Notes: a model not told the origin generated them from the sequence alone. Positions 48,232-61,160 are shown, counted from the whole stretch's first letter. The stretch: DNA of 63,979 nucleotides, filler included, from Diploschistes diacapsis (GCA_023645945.1; 27 parts of 27 records of this genome joined end to end with filler, not necessarily neighbours in it); one strand, 5' to 3'. Numbers and translations are program-made.

Positions 48232-48667
48232 TGTTACGATCCAAGTACCAGACTTGGCACGTCCCAGCTTTCTGTATATAGCCAACCACGGTGACAGGGG
48301 TTACGTGACTAATAGATGCCCGTTGGCAGATGTTTGTTAGGGACAGATCTGTTCGGATAGTTATTTATTAATGATAGCGTTGTTGCGACAGTTCGTTATC
48401 GGCAGTTAACTGTCGATTTAGATTATATAAGAACGTCGTTATGGCCTTCTCGAGTTTAGGACGTGTTTATTTTTATAGATATCCTTAGTTATTACTCGGG
48501 ATCAATTTATATTCGTTATTTTTATTATTAGAGAGCCTTCTTTTTAGAGACAGTCTAAGACCTGTGACTGTTCTATCTTTTTTTCTTGTTTGCACTCCTC
48601 TTCTAAACGAGACCAAACCCACCTTGACTCTACTCGTGTATACCTTGTATAGATAGAGATCATAACA
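48232..48667 (+). mobile_element. Gypsy LTR family 1 variant (different U3 core)
   Basis: Same first about 75 bp and last about 210 bp as 3853-4309, with a different middle. TG...CA ends. Flanks differ. Confidence 0.8.
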
Positions 48668-48699
48668 CAAGCGCGATGCTCTTTTATTAATCAATCTCC

Positions 48700-49437
48700 A
48701 TCTCGATCTTTATCCCTTTTTCTGATTTATTTAAAAGGATACTCGTTGTTTTTTCGTAATAAATATTTCCGTCTTTTTAAATTCTTCTCAGCGTCGTTTT
48801 TAATTAAATACGTTTTTAGATTCTATAGGAAAATATGGTCGTCGTGATGCTCGATATCGTTTTATTTTAAAAATTCGCCCCCGTTTATAATTCTTATTAA
48901 CGTTAACTACCTATCTCCGGGTATTATTAACCACTGGAGTCTTATCTTTTCGGGATTTAATTAATAAAACTCTTATAAGATCTCGAGAGTATTTTTAAAA
49001 TTAGCGGCGGGATATTAGTTATCGTCGATGGATTATTTTATTTAACGTATTTTATACTGGACGTTCATTTCTCGTTCGGGGCTTTTTTTGACGTCGAGGA
49101 TCTTTTTGATTTCTTATTCTTTTCCGCCTTTCGTTTTTATCGAAGGTAGTTTAAGATGCGTCTGTTTTTTTAAAAGGTCTTGCGGGTCTTTCGAAAGTAA
49201 AGACGCGTAAAAGATTTTAAACTACTTTATCGACGTTAATAAATCTAACTCGAAATTTACACCGGTTATCTTCCGTAAAACATTATAAAGGTCGCTTTAT
49301 TTATTATTTAATTTTTTACAAACCCGGATAATTTTAATATTACGTATATTTAATTAAATCGAATCGTCGAGATTGATTTCTTTAACGAAACGTCGATACT
49401 CGTCCGCGTATCGCTTTTATCGGTATTACATTAGTAT
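48700..49437 (-). mobile_element. Chromoviral Gypsy integrase tail plus chromodomain, uninterrupted paralog of 4877-6108
   Basis: Reverse complement aligns with 5060-5420 and 5950-6108. Confidence 0.75.
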
Positions 49438-50629
49438 NNNNNNNNNNNNNNNNNNNNNNNNNNNNNNNNNNNNNNNNNNNNTTAATTAATTAANNNNNNN
49501 NNNNNNNNNNNNNNNNNNNNNNNNNNNNNNNNNNNNNTATTAATATTATAGACGTAAAGATATTTAACTTATATACGCGTCTTTAAATCTATTAACTTTA
49601 TAAAGATTTTTTCGAGCTAAATAACGGTTTAAACCCGTTTTCTATATTTTAAATTAAACTAAAAATTATTCGAAAGAAAGCACGTCCCGATTATAAACCG
49701 ATTAAATATCGATTATTAATCGACGTAGATCCGTTATAAAGAAATTAAAGACCTATAAAAAACTAATAATAAGCCGAATTTCTAATTTATCAAACGGAAG
49801 AGATTTATAAGTTCATAAACCCGCTTTGCTTTCGGATCCGAGCAACCACATAAGCAAATCTCCCAGGAGAAAATCCGGGACAAGGAAGCCAGATAGGTAC
49901 CACATTAGTAATTAATAGGTTCTAAAAATAGACCAGATAGCAAACCATAAGAAAAATTTCCGACTAAAACTGGGATGTTTCTTATTAATAATGATCGTTA
50001 ACCTTCCAGAACCCGATCGTATGATATACGTATATTAAACGGGTTAGAAATATTTTAAGAAAGTTTTTTATCGTATTTTTATTTATAAGAATAGTTATTC
50101 TATATAAACTATATTTAAAAATAAAAAAATAAAAAAAGTACGAAAGAATTATAAAGACTATAAAGATATATCGAGATAAAAGGATTCATTATTAATATAT
50201 TTATCTTATAAAACTGCTATATATTATAATATTCGTGATTTATACACCCGCGCTATATGCATCGGGGGACCGACATTAACCCGTATATCAATTAATCGGA
50301 ATCGTATCGACAACTTTTTCGTTTAACGGCGAGCACGTGCCCGCCTTTTTTCCGCGGAGTTAGCGGAAGTATATCGAAAGTTCTACGAAAATCTTTAAAT
50401 ATAAACAACGATTCTAAAGGTCCAGAACTAAGAAAAAAAATAACTATAATAAATAACTATGATAATATTTCGGGCGAACGAAAAAATTTAATCCTAACGC
50501 CGCGTTAAAGCCGCTCCAAGGCCGCAGGTCATAAGAGGAATTTTTACAAAGGGATCTCCTCTTTTCTTCTCTAGAGATTAGTTCATGAATATTATGACCA
50601 TTACTATCACACTACTGCATTTCATCCTT

Positions 50630-50925
50630 TACAGGAAAGTAACGGAATAGACTTGAATTAATAACGGACGCGAAGAAGGCCGAGATAAAGAATATTATTA
50701 TAACCCGATAGTTCTTTAACGGGAACGTGAGATTCGTAATAGATTAAAAAGGAATAAAAAACGAAACCGAAAAAATAAAAGAATAAATAACGGTATTTAA
50801 ACGAGAGGCGAAGGTAGTACGAAAAGAATTTATAATAATAACGTATAAGATATAAATAAATTCCGTAAATATTACGAAATAAAACGCGACGGTACACGTT
50901 ATTAATAAAATAAACCCGAATTTAA
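50630..50925. repeat. Dispersed RIP-mutated repeat (family E), second copy at 53995-54288
   Basis: About 290 bp shared, differing mostly by transitions, which gives the paired pseudo-ORFs 50658-50897 and 54020-54259. Confidence 0.7.
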
Positions 50926-51154
50926 GAAATATAATACGCCGAATAATATAAAAAAAACGAACCTTAATAAACGGAAAAAAGATAGATTTATTATTTGTTA
51001 TAATCGGAACGCCGGAGGCAGTTAATAGGCTAATAACGGAAATTTTTTTTTAAANNNNNNNNNNNNNNNNNNNNNNNNNNNNNNNNNNNNNNNNNNNNTT
51101 AATTAATTAANNNNNNNNNNNNNNNNNNNNNNNNNNNNNNNNNNNNNNNNNNNN

Positions 51155-51335
51155 CCCAAACCCCTGCCTTTTTTTATTATTGGGGATTGCATCCCCAATA
51201 ATAAAAAAAGGCAGGGGTTTGGGGGTGCAACCCCCAATAAACTTACCCAGTTTTTTAAGTTTAATTCATTTAAAAATTTTTACTTCGCTTAGGAACTTGG
51301 AGGGCGACATCATGTGTCGCCAGACACATGATATT
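51155..51335 (+). mobile_element. Unclassified hairpin-rich element end
   Basis: Perfect 33-bp-arm hairpin at 51155-51223, a GGGGGTGCAACCCCC hairpin, and terminal overlapping hairpins at 51303-51332. Homologous to 32553-32820. Confidence 0.6.
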
Positions 51336-51670
51336 AAGAAGCATTCTACTTAAAAGAATGACTTTCAGATAACGACTCCGAATTACCGGTTCGGTAAAGA
51401 TATATAAATCAAAAACGAATGTATACGAAGATTAATGTGGAAGCGAGTGACTTGAATCCAAAATGGTCATAAACTGCTATCAGCCTCAAACTATTGCTAT
51501 GGCTGTATGTTGACGAATGGCTACATTTCGAGTAGTCTAGTACGCTACTGTTGATCTTAGACTTTCCTATTGACCAAATTCTTTCTTAGCCTCTTGCTTA
51601 AGTTGGATCTGAGTACTAAGCGTTGTTCCAACATTACCCAACTACCAATAGGACACGAAAGCCCATCGCC

Positions 51671-52671
51671 ATGCCGACTGGCGAGATAGACCTCAGAGAC
51701 GCTACCCTCTCCTCTACTCCAGAGCTGCCATCAAGACTCCCCTTCCCACCAGTCACAAAGTCGCATATCCTCCACTGCTCAGTCCACCACTGGTATCCCA
51801 TCTACCGCAAACTCACCCCCAAAACCCGTCTAATCCCCCTCCCCTCCGCCTTCACAGCCTACCTCCGCGCCGACGGCATCCTCCTCCCACCAGAGCCCTC
51901 CACCACGCCTTTCCAACCCTCAACAGAGCAAGCCATCGACTCCGGCTTCTCCGAAGGCGAAGGCGACGACGACGACGCCGCCGACGATGTCGAAAGCGAC
52001 CCCTCGCAAAACTGGCCGCAGGTCCACGCGGCAATCAAGGCCGCCATCGCCGACCTCGGCGGCACCGTGCACCCGAAGCTCAACTGGTCCGCGCCCAAAG
52101 ACGCGACCTGGATCGCGGCGAACAACAGCATGGAATGCACGACGGCCAACGACGTCTACCTCCTGCTCAAGAGCTCCGACTTCGTCGCGCACGATCTCGA
52201 GCAGGCGTTCGACGACTGCTCGCCGGATCCGCAATCACGAGATACGTCGACCCCGACACAGGCGGAGACGGCAAGGCGAGGGCAACACGGCGTCGAGATA
52301 CCCTACCACCTCGCCCTCCGCAAGACCGTCCCGGCGCTGATCACGTCCATGGAGTTCCGGTGCTTCGTGCGCGCACGGCGGCTCGTGGCCGTGTGCCAGC
52401 GGGACCTGAACCACTACGACTTCCTGGCGGCGCTGGTGCCCGTGCTGCAGGAGCTGCTCTACGACTTCTTCGAGGCCAAGCTGAAGATGAGCTTTCCGGA
52501 CCCGGACTTCGTCTTCGACGTCTATGTGCCGCAGCCGCGCGAGGGCGCGCGCGTGTGGCTGGTGGATGTCAATCCCTGGGCGCCGCGCACGGATCCGCTG
52601 CTGTTTAGCTGGTTGGAGGTGCTTACCATGCCGGACTTGCCGGCGGAGGGGGAGGGCGATGGGCTTGAGGG
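51671..52671 (+). CDS. cdc123: Cell division cycle protein 123 (ATP-grasp eIF2 assembly factor), 3' truncated
   Basis: [43 protein letters not shown] and [19 protein letters not shown] in GCCATG context at 51671. Confidence 0.93.
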
Positions 52672-52771
52672 NNNNNNNNNNNNNNNNNNNNNNNNNNNNN
52701 NNNNNNNNNNNNNNNTTAATTAATTAANNNNNNNNNNNNNNNNNNNNNNNNNNNNNNNNNNNNNNNNNNNN

Positions 52772-53425
52772 TCGTATTAATAATTTATAAATAATAACTT
52801 TAACGATATGATCGATTTTGTTTCCTATTATATAGACGATTTATTAATATTTTTTAATAATAAGAAAATCCATCGGGAATATGTACGATAGATACTATAA
52901 CGCCTTCGGAAGATAAATCTAAATATAAATATCTTTAAAATCGAGTTCGATATTATCGAGATTAAATATCTCGGCCTAATTATTATTTTTAAGGGCGTAA
53001 AAATAAATCTTAAAAAAATTAAAGTTATTAAAAACTAACCCCGATTTAAATTAGATAAAAAAACGAAAGCTATACGGAACTATTTAGGGTTTGTTAATTT
53101 CTACCGACGGTTTATTTTTAACTTTAATAAGATCGTTAAACCCCTTTATAACTTAATTAAAATAAATATAACGAAGGTTTAAAATAATAAAGAAAAAAAA
53201 CATTCGTTATTTTAAAGAAGGCCGTATCTTTTAAACCTATAATAACGCATTTTAATCTAAATAAGCGATTTTTAATAAAATGCGGCGTCAACGATATAAT
53301 CACCGGAAGTATCTTATTTTAAAAAACCGATAACGATTTATTATAACCCGTAATTTATTTATCTAAGAGCCTGGATCTGGTTCAACGCAATTATACGATA
53401 TATAATAAAAAAAAGCTCGCCATAG
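52772..53425 (+). mobile_element. Gypsy reverse transcriptase / RNase H fragment (RIP-degraded)
   Basis: YYIDDLLIF, IKYLGLII, YLGFVNFYRRFI and PVIYLSKSL...QRNYTIYNKKKLAI motifs, with many stops. Confidence 0.88.
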
Positions 53426-54768
53426 AGGATCGAATACATAATTAACCTATATATTTATTATTTATATATTTTAAAGGAAACTGATACAAGAACAGACGTC
53501 GATTTTTGATTTATATATCAATTGAACAACGGAGAAATGGCAACGACGCAACGAGAAGGAGGAGAGTCGCGTCGTGACGCGTCTTATCCCTAATAGGACC
53601 GCGCATACGGGCCGGCGGGGAACTCGAACGCGAAAAATAGATTAAAAAACGCAATACAAGCAATCGAGGCATACGTGAAAATAGAACAAAACGAAAGATT
53701 AACATAATTCTAGATTATGATAACGAAAACGATACGCGGAAACGGCGCCGGCGCGCCGAAACCTAATCGCAAAAAAAACGCGTCAAAATTAAAAGAAAAA
53801 TTAAATACGATCGAAGAAAGTATAAAAACGATATAAAAAATTATAAAAAAATAAAGAAATAATCGTAACAACATCGAAAACAAAAGTTAAATCTAAATAA
53901 TAGATTCTATCCCCGGGAGAAAGAATAAGATAATAAAGATATTAAAAAGAACGATTAAAAAAATTATAATTCGGCTAAAAAATAAAATATAAGCGAGAAA
54001 GTAACGGAATAGACCCGAGCTAGTAACGGACGCGAAAAAAATTAAAATAAAGAACATTATTATAACCCGACGATTTTCTAACGGGGACGTAAGATTCGTA
54101 ATAGATCAAAAAGAAGTAAGAAACGAAACCGAAAAAGTAAAAAAATAAATAATAATGCTCGAACGAAGAGCAAAAATAATACGAAAAGAATTTATAATAA
54201 TAACGTATAGGATACGGATGAATTTCGTGAATATTATAAAATAAGAAGCGACGATACACGTTATCAATAAAATAAACCCGAATTTAAGNNNNNNNNNNNN
54301 NNNNNNNNNNNNNNNNNNNNNNNNNNNNNNNNTTAATTAATTAANNNNNNNNNNNNNNNNNNNNNNNNNNNNNNNNNNNNNNNNNNNNGGGGAGGGAGAG
54401 GAGGGAAGGAAGGGGAAGGGGACTGGAGATTGATGTTAGTATTGCGACATGGGTTGGTTTGGAAGGGCAACGGGGGATTTTGCGAGGGGCGGATCGAGAC
54501 TTACAGGCATCGTTGTTGAACGCTGCGCACTTTCAATGCAACTGCTGGTTGAAGAAGACAAAGGCAGATTCAGTTCTGCAGGGGGGGGCGCTGTCACATG
54601 CTTGAAAAGGACTCTACAGCCTTCACGTCCAAGTATTAGCACATTTTATCTGACCTTGGGATAAATACAGCGAGAGCTAGGAGGCGCGCTAATATTTGAG
54701 CGTGAATGTAAAAAGGGGTCCTATTAACTTACGTGGATCTCTGATGACAAAGCAGGTGTAGTCGTTTA

Positions 54769-54947
54769 ACGTGTTTCCGAAGCGGATCACTACAGTATAA
54801 TGTAATCAAAAAAAGGCCGAAGAACGGGATAGTGTAGTTGAGAACAGATTTAGCTTCGTGCAAATATGGAAGCGCTCGATCTAGCGCAGTTACATTATAA
54901 TGTAGTGACCCGTTTCGTGGGGTGACCCGTTTCGTGGTGAAACACGT
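54769..54947. mobile_element. 179-bp pogo/Fot1-like MITE
   Basis: TA|ACGTGTTTC...GAAACACGT|TA. The inner TIR part TCACTACA.TATAATGTAA is present inverted at both ends. Confidence 0.7.
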
Positions 54948-56619
54948 TATGAGAAAACATACTCCAAAACGTGAGTATTGATTGATCCAACGATGTTGAA
55001 CCCACGATGTCTGTTGCAGCATGGTAAGTGTTGTTGGTAATTTACAATAAAGTCTACGTATTGTATTGTCCATCTCCATCTACGACTAAATCCCCTGTCT
55101 CATCGGCCTCTCGAGTCCAATATACCATTCCTGCAAGGTCGCCGACATTAATGGTAAGTTATGGCCGCAGAGGAGCTCGAGAGATACTTCCGGTCGATCA
55201 CCCCGACAGAGTCAGAAGCTCTCGCCGACCTTTTCAAACATGTTCTGTTAGAATCCGGAGCATCTCTCAAATCGGTAGTCGAGTCTATTTGCCACGATAT
55301 GCTCTTCCATAACAATCACCTATAATCCAGAAACACACCGCCATATCACTCTGCCGCCGTAAAACCCTTTTTATCCCAGAAAAAGAATATTTTTTGCCGC
55401 GCTCACCGCGCCAACATGTATATCCCCCATATCGTATTGGCCCCCGGCCGGCTGCGACCACCAAACTCAAAAAAAACCCCGTATAAGCAGCAGCGAAAGA
55501 ACCGGGGGGTCCACTCTCTCCCTCCACTCACTCTATCATTTACACAATCTCCCACTCCATTACACTTTCTGTACGTACGTACGTACGCACATACATACGT
55601 ACCCACTAAAACAACTCCATATCGCTTTTCACGAACTTCGTCCACTTCTTCGCAGCAAGCAGCTCCCAAACTACCACCCCACCCGTCCAACAACAAATAG
55701 TCTCCCCCCCTCCTTCCCCGGGTCCACCCGTAATGTAATGTAATGCGAGGTACCGAACAGAAACAGAACAGAGCAACAACAGAACAATACAACCCTGCAC
55801 GACGGGACGGCACAAAAACAGTCCCATACTACCCTAACTCTCTAACTAGCACAACAAATACATGAAAAAGGGGGGGGTGGGTTGAGGCGCTGCTGCTGCT
55901 GCTGCNNNNNNNNNNNNNNNNNNNNNNNNNNNNNNNNNNNNNNNNNNNNTTAATTAATTAANNNNNNNNNNNNNNNNNNNNNNNNNNNNNNNNNNNNNNN
56001 NNNNNAACATATTTTAAACGTAAAGTATTAAAACTTAAAAATGCTTTTTTAACTCTATTAACCGTCGGCCACCATTATCTGGTTCGGAACGATTATAAAA
56101 AATAAAAATCCTTAAATATTATGATTTACCGAAGATTCTAGATAATAGGATTTAGTATTTAAATAAAGTATTTTTCCTCCGATTTTGATTCCTCGTTTTC
56201 GAATGGGAATTAAATATCTTAATAAATGAATTAATTAGTTATAATTAGGGTTTAGGTTTAATATCGGTTTTTGAATTCTTATTATCTGAACTTTCGGTAT
56301 TATAGGCGTCTTTGTTCTTGTTTTGTTATTTGTTACGGATGTTTCTGGATTTCTTTTCCCGTTTCTTGTCATTTGTTACGATAATTATTCTTTTAAATTC
56401 CCTCGCGAGTTTACAGCGTATCGCGCGATAATCATTCTCACTATAAAATAGATATCCTTTAGATAAGCTTCTTGAACTAGAACGACGGCGTCATTTCTCG
56501 TCGGATCGTCGAGAGGATCACCTTTAATAAAATAAATATACTACGAGTGATTATTAAAAGAATAACCCGCTTGTGTACAAGATTGTCCTTTATCTTATTA
56601 TCTTTTTTTTAATCGAATA

Positions 56620-57100
56620 AGTTTAGTATTAATTTAGCCGAACTTTCGATAATTGCCGAAAAGGATGTCGAAAAGGTTTAGCAGCGGTAAAACTAAATAT
56701 CGACGATTATTAGATATCGAGATGGTTTAGCGGCGATAAGGTTAAATATCGATGATTATCGAAAGATTCGATTAAGTTTAGTAGCGAAGGTAACGGTGCT
56801 ATTAGTTATCGAAGGTTAACGAGATGATCGAGAAGGTTCAGCGTGGTTCAGCTGAATATCGATTATTGTCGGAAATATCGAGATGATTTAACGTGGTTCA
56901 GCTGATTCTCGATAATAGACAAGATCGAAAAAATCCAGCAACGAAGGTAACGATTCTGCTGGATTTCGAGGACAAGAGATTCGACTAGATTCAGCAGAAA
57001 AAATAGCGATTCTACTAAGTATCGAAGATTGTCAAGGTGATCGATGGGGTTTAGTAATGGTTCAGCTGAACTTCGATCCTTATCGGGAAGGAGGAAAAGG
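56620..57100 (-). repeat. About 50-bp degenerate minisatellite (family D), reverse copy
   Basis: Reverse complement of the 41445-42020 array, including shared flanking sequence. Confidence 0.7.
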
Positions 57101-57621
57101 GATCGGAGGTTTTTTTTTGGCCTATATAAACGAATCTGGATCTAAATATTTCTTATTTAGGCCTATCTTTGGCCAACGTAATAAAGACCCGCGTTCTTTT
57201 AAAAAAATATAATTTTTATTTTTAAATTTGCTTATTCTGAGGTTTTATAAATTAGATCTTAGGATTTTGAATCTCTTCGATGTAGATAATTAACATTAAC
57301 GTAAACTATCCCGCGTTCGTAAACGTTTTAATTACCGGGAAATGTTATTTTCAAGATATAATCATACGTGATTATTAAGGAAAATAAATATAAAATTCGG
57401 GTTTATAATATGTTTGATAACGTAATAAATATATTAAAATTTAAAAATCTTATTTTAAGAAATAATTTTATGATATAAACTTTTATATCTTATGGGACTC
57501 GTTAAGTCCTATTATTTATATNNNNNNNNNNNNNNNNNNNNNNNNNNNNNNNNNNNNNNNNNNNNTTAATTAATTAANNNNNNNNNNNNNNNNNNNNNNN
57601 NNNNNNNNNNNNNNNNNNNNN

Positions 57622-58221
57622 GTATTACCTTTTATTGTATTAAATTACTACTATATCGAATTATCGTTGTATAGCCTCGTAACTTATCGTATTAAATTTA
57701 TTCGACTCGATCTATCTCGTTCAAATATTAATAATTTTAGGAAATCGTTTGCGAAATCGCGATATTTAATTTTTATCGATAGATTAAAGATTCTCGATTA
57801 TAACTTCTAGATTCGAATTAAATCGGATTTTTTCGCGTCGAATCTTTTCGGCCATTTTTATTATTAACGTAAGCGATATAGAAAAGCTAATTTATATAAA
57901 ATATATAATCTATCGTATTAATATCTTTTTTTTTAATTTAAAAGAATTTAAATCGCTTAGTAATTATTAAAACGTGATTAAATTTTATCGACTCGATCTA
58001 TAATGATCGATCGAGATACTTTAAATACGCGAATAGGTTCTCGAATGTTAATATATTATTATAATTTTAAAACCTATAAACAGTCGTTAATATTAAATTT
58101 TATTAAAATCGAATTATTATTATGCGAGATAATCATTATTGAGAAAGATCGAATATAAGATGAAAATAATGATTTGAAATGGCCGGAATCTGGGGGTGGC
58201 CGGAATCCCCGTGAAACACCT
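57622..58221 (-). mobile_element. Fot1/pogo transposon (family C) 5' end with degraded transposase HTH region
   Basis: TIR GGCCGGAATCTGGGGGTGGCCGGAATCCCCGTGAAACAC. Minus strand retains NIRE..RVFKVSRSII.DRV and SRFRKRFP patterns. Confidence 0.7.
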
Positions 58222-58326
58222 TATCGGAATATTTTCGTAAATTTAAAATTTTAGATTTAGGTTTAATTAAGAATTGAATCTTCGTATCTTAAGTCTTTCG
58301 AATGTACCGAAATAGTCCCTTAAGTA

Positions 58327-58934
58327 TAGGCTGGCCGTCACGGACACGGACACGGCCGTGGCAGTGTCCGTGTTTTGAAATTTTCAGCCGTAGTGTCCGT
58401 GTCCGTGCTTTTATTATAGTGTAATATCCGTGGAAATGTCCGTGTTTTAAAATTTTTAATCGTAATGTCCGTGTTCGTACTTTTATTATAATACAATATC
58501 CGTAGAAATATCCGTGTTTTAAATTTTTTAATCGTAATATCCGTGTTAATAGATTTATTGTCGTGTCCGTATATTTATCGAAACATTTTTAAATAATATT
58601 TATTTTTTAATAGTTTTAAAATTATCACGTTTATTTCTTACGTTTTTATTTTTTCACCGCGGTGTTTCAATAGATTCACGGTAATATTTCGGTAAATTTA
58701 CTGCAATATAATATTCATAATAATATCGTGTTTTAAAATTTTTGGCGGTAATGTCCGTGAAAGTATCTATATTTTAAATTTTTTAGCCGTAATGTCCGTG
58801 TCCGTGCTTTTACTATAATGTAATGTCCGTGGAAATGTCCGTGTTTTAAAATTTTAGCGGTAGTGTCCGTGGTAGTGTCGTGTTTTAAAAATTTTCTCGG
58901 TAGTGTCCGTGGAAGTGTCCGTGGCACGAAACGG
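58327..58934 (-). mobile_element. hAT-type MITE family B, nearly complete, second TIR broken by an LTR
   Basis: TAGGCTGGCCGTCAC start. Ends GTGGCACGAAACGG where TGTTACGATCC begins. Confidence 0.8.
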
Positions 58935-59137
58935 TGTTACGATCCAAGGTACTGTTCGGCAGTACTTGGCACGCAACAGCTAGTCGGGCATTTCCCAACC
59001 ATTCCTTATATATAGTCCAATTAGGGTAACACGGGTCACGTGATGAGTAGAAGGTCTGAAAAACCATTTTATTCAGTCGTAAGTAGAAAAGAAGAACGAT
59101 AATTTTATTTATCTATTTATTTACTTTATTAAAGAAG
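58935..59137 (+). mobile_element. LTR related to family 1, 5' part
   Basis: TGTTACGATCCAAG...ACTTGGCACG...CACGGGTCACGTGA. Confidence 0.65.
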
Positions 59138-59237
59138 NNNNNNNNNNNNNNNNNNNNNNNNNNNNNNNNNNNNNNNNNNNNTTAATTAATTAANNNNNNN
59201 NNNNNNNNNNNNNNNNNNNNNNNNNNNNNNNNNNNNN

Positions 59238-60125
59238 ATACTTTTCTTATGATCGCGAGCATATTTATCGAAGTGCTTAATCGATTTTATATCGAGTTTA
59301 TTAATAATTTAACCGTTCTCGTTAATTGCGATGATCCAATAAGATAATAATAGATTATCGCGATATCATAATTAAAGATGATTTTTGCTCGTCAGAATAA
59401 TAAACGGCGGAAGATTATAACCGTACGAATTAACGGCTTAAATAATAATTATTTATTTTCGATTATTAGGCTAAACTATTTTCATCTTTCTACGTCCGTT
59501 AGAACTAATTACAACCATAGCAGACGCGATAACATTTATCATAAACCCGGTCTTATTTAAATTCCAAATATCTTTATTCTAGATCCCGTGTTTAACTATT
59601 ATGTTTCGTACGAGAATAAATCAGCCTTAAGTTATAACTAAATCTTCGTATTTAGCCCTTTAATAATCATATCTACGCGTAAAACGCGTGGATAGATTTA
59701 ATTGTCGTTTAATAAAGTTCGAAATTTAATCTGATCCGACGGACGGCGCGTTTCGTACGATACGAAATTAGTTCGCTATATCTTTAACGTGAAAAAGTCT
59801 AAATGAAAATCCTCGCGAATTTAAATAAAATATTTCTCGTACAATCACCTCTTCTTTAAAGAAATTATATTATGAGATTTAGAAATACTATTAACGCGCG
59901 CGTTGCGATCTTTGATACGACGGGTCAACGTCGTACGACTAACGTTATAGATACCGGCAAACGTACGTATGTTTTAAAAAGGATTTTATTTGAAAGCTTT
60001 AACAGTAAAAATCGTACGAGCTTCTTTAGATTCTGATTCCATTAAATATTGATTAAGATATCGTACGACAAAGATAGTGGTAATAAAAATGTTGATGGGA
60101 TGGCCCACTCACTATACATCCACGT
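59238..60125 (-). mobile_element. Fot1/pogo transposon 5' half (separate family) with RIP-degraded transposase
   Basis: TA|ACGTGGATG TIR. Minus strand reads MESESKEART...IYNVSRTTLTRR and DIWNLNKTGFM, a RIP version of N.DETGF. Confidence 0.8.
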
Positions 60126-60852
60126 TATTAATATTATCACCGCTTAATATTTAACATTTTACGGAATAATAAACCTAATAATTCCTTATATATTTTCCCG
60201 AGTTAAATAACGTTCTAACTTATTCGTTAGATATCGAAGCGAGCTAGAAGTTAAATAGATATAAACACGTCTTAATCGTAAGTTAGTTTCGTTTCGAGCA
60301 TTTTACGACGGATTTCCGAAATAAATAAACTAAATATCTATCGAGTATATTAATAAACGAGCTTTTCATTTATTAACAAAAAAAATTCACGAGCTCCCAG
60401 GCACGTTTGACCTTCGGGACCGAATAAGCTTTGTAAATCGATTTGGTAGCGGAAAGATTAAAATAGAAAAACTGAATAGGCACCACGCCGGCATTCAGTG
60501 GTTTCCGCGTATAAATTAAATAGTAAAACATTAATAGAAAAATAAATTAAAATTATGTTATATCTTATTATCGACGATTATTAACTTTCTAAGATTTTAT
60601 CGCAGGATATGCATATATTAGACGGGATAGAAAGAAGATTAAGAATTTCTTTATTATTAGATCTTTTTATATAATTTTTAATCTGATTATACTATATCTT
60701 AAAAATAAAGATAAAAATGAAAGCTGTGACCTATAGGGTCATAGATCCCCCGNNNNNNNNNNNNNNNNNNNNNNNNNNNNNNNNNNNNNNNNNNNNTTAA
60801 TTAATTAANNNNNNNNNNNNNNNNNNNNNNNNNNNNNNNNNNNNNNNNNNNN

Positions 60853-61160
60853 TTATTTTAATTTTTTTCAAAATATTACTTTTCAATCACTTATCTATCA
60901 TATATAAAAAGAGCACATTGATTACGGCCTCAGTTTTTTAAGCGAATTAAAAATAATAACTCGAAAAAGCGGATTTTTGAATTCTTTAAAATCTGCTTTA
61001 ACCAACCAAAAATTATTTTAATTAAATGTTCTATTATGAGCGGGTTTACGCGTAGATTTCATTAAAAATATAAAAAAAATATTTTTTCGACGTTATACAG
61101 TCGTTATATGGCTTTATTCTTCAAAATCCGAAAGATTTTAAATAATTTTGTCATACAACG
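60853..61160. mobile_element. Foldback MITE family A, diverged partial copy
   Basis: Collinear with 34070-34385. Stops at the family B MITE. Confidence 0.6.

Noticed and set aside
54389..55905. Short ORFs in a mid-GC contig
   Set aside because: It looks like intergenic or UTR sequence with simple repeats, and no protein family was recognised.
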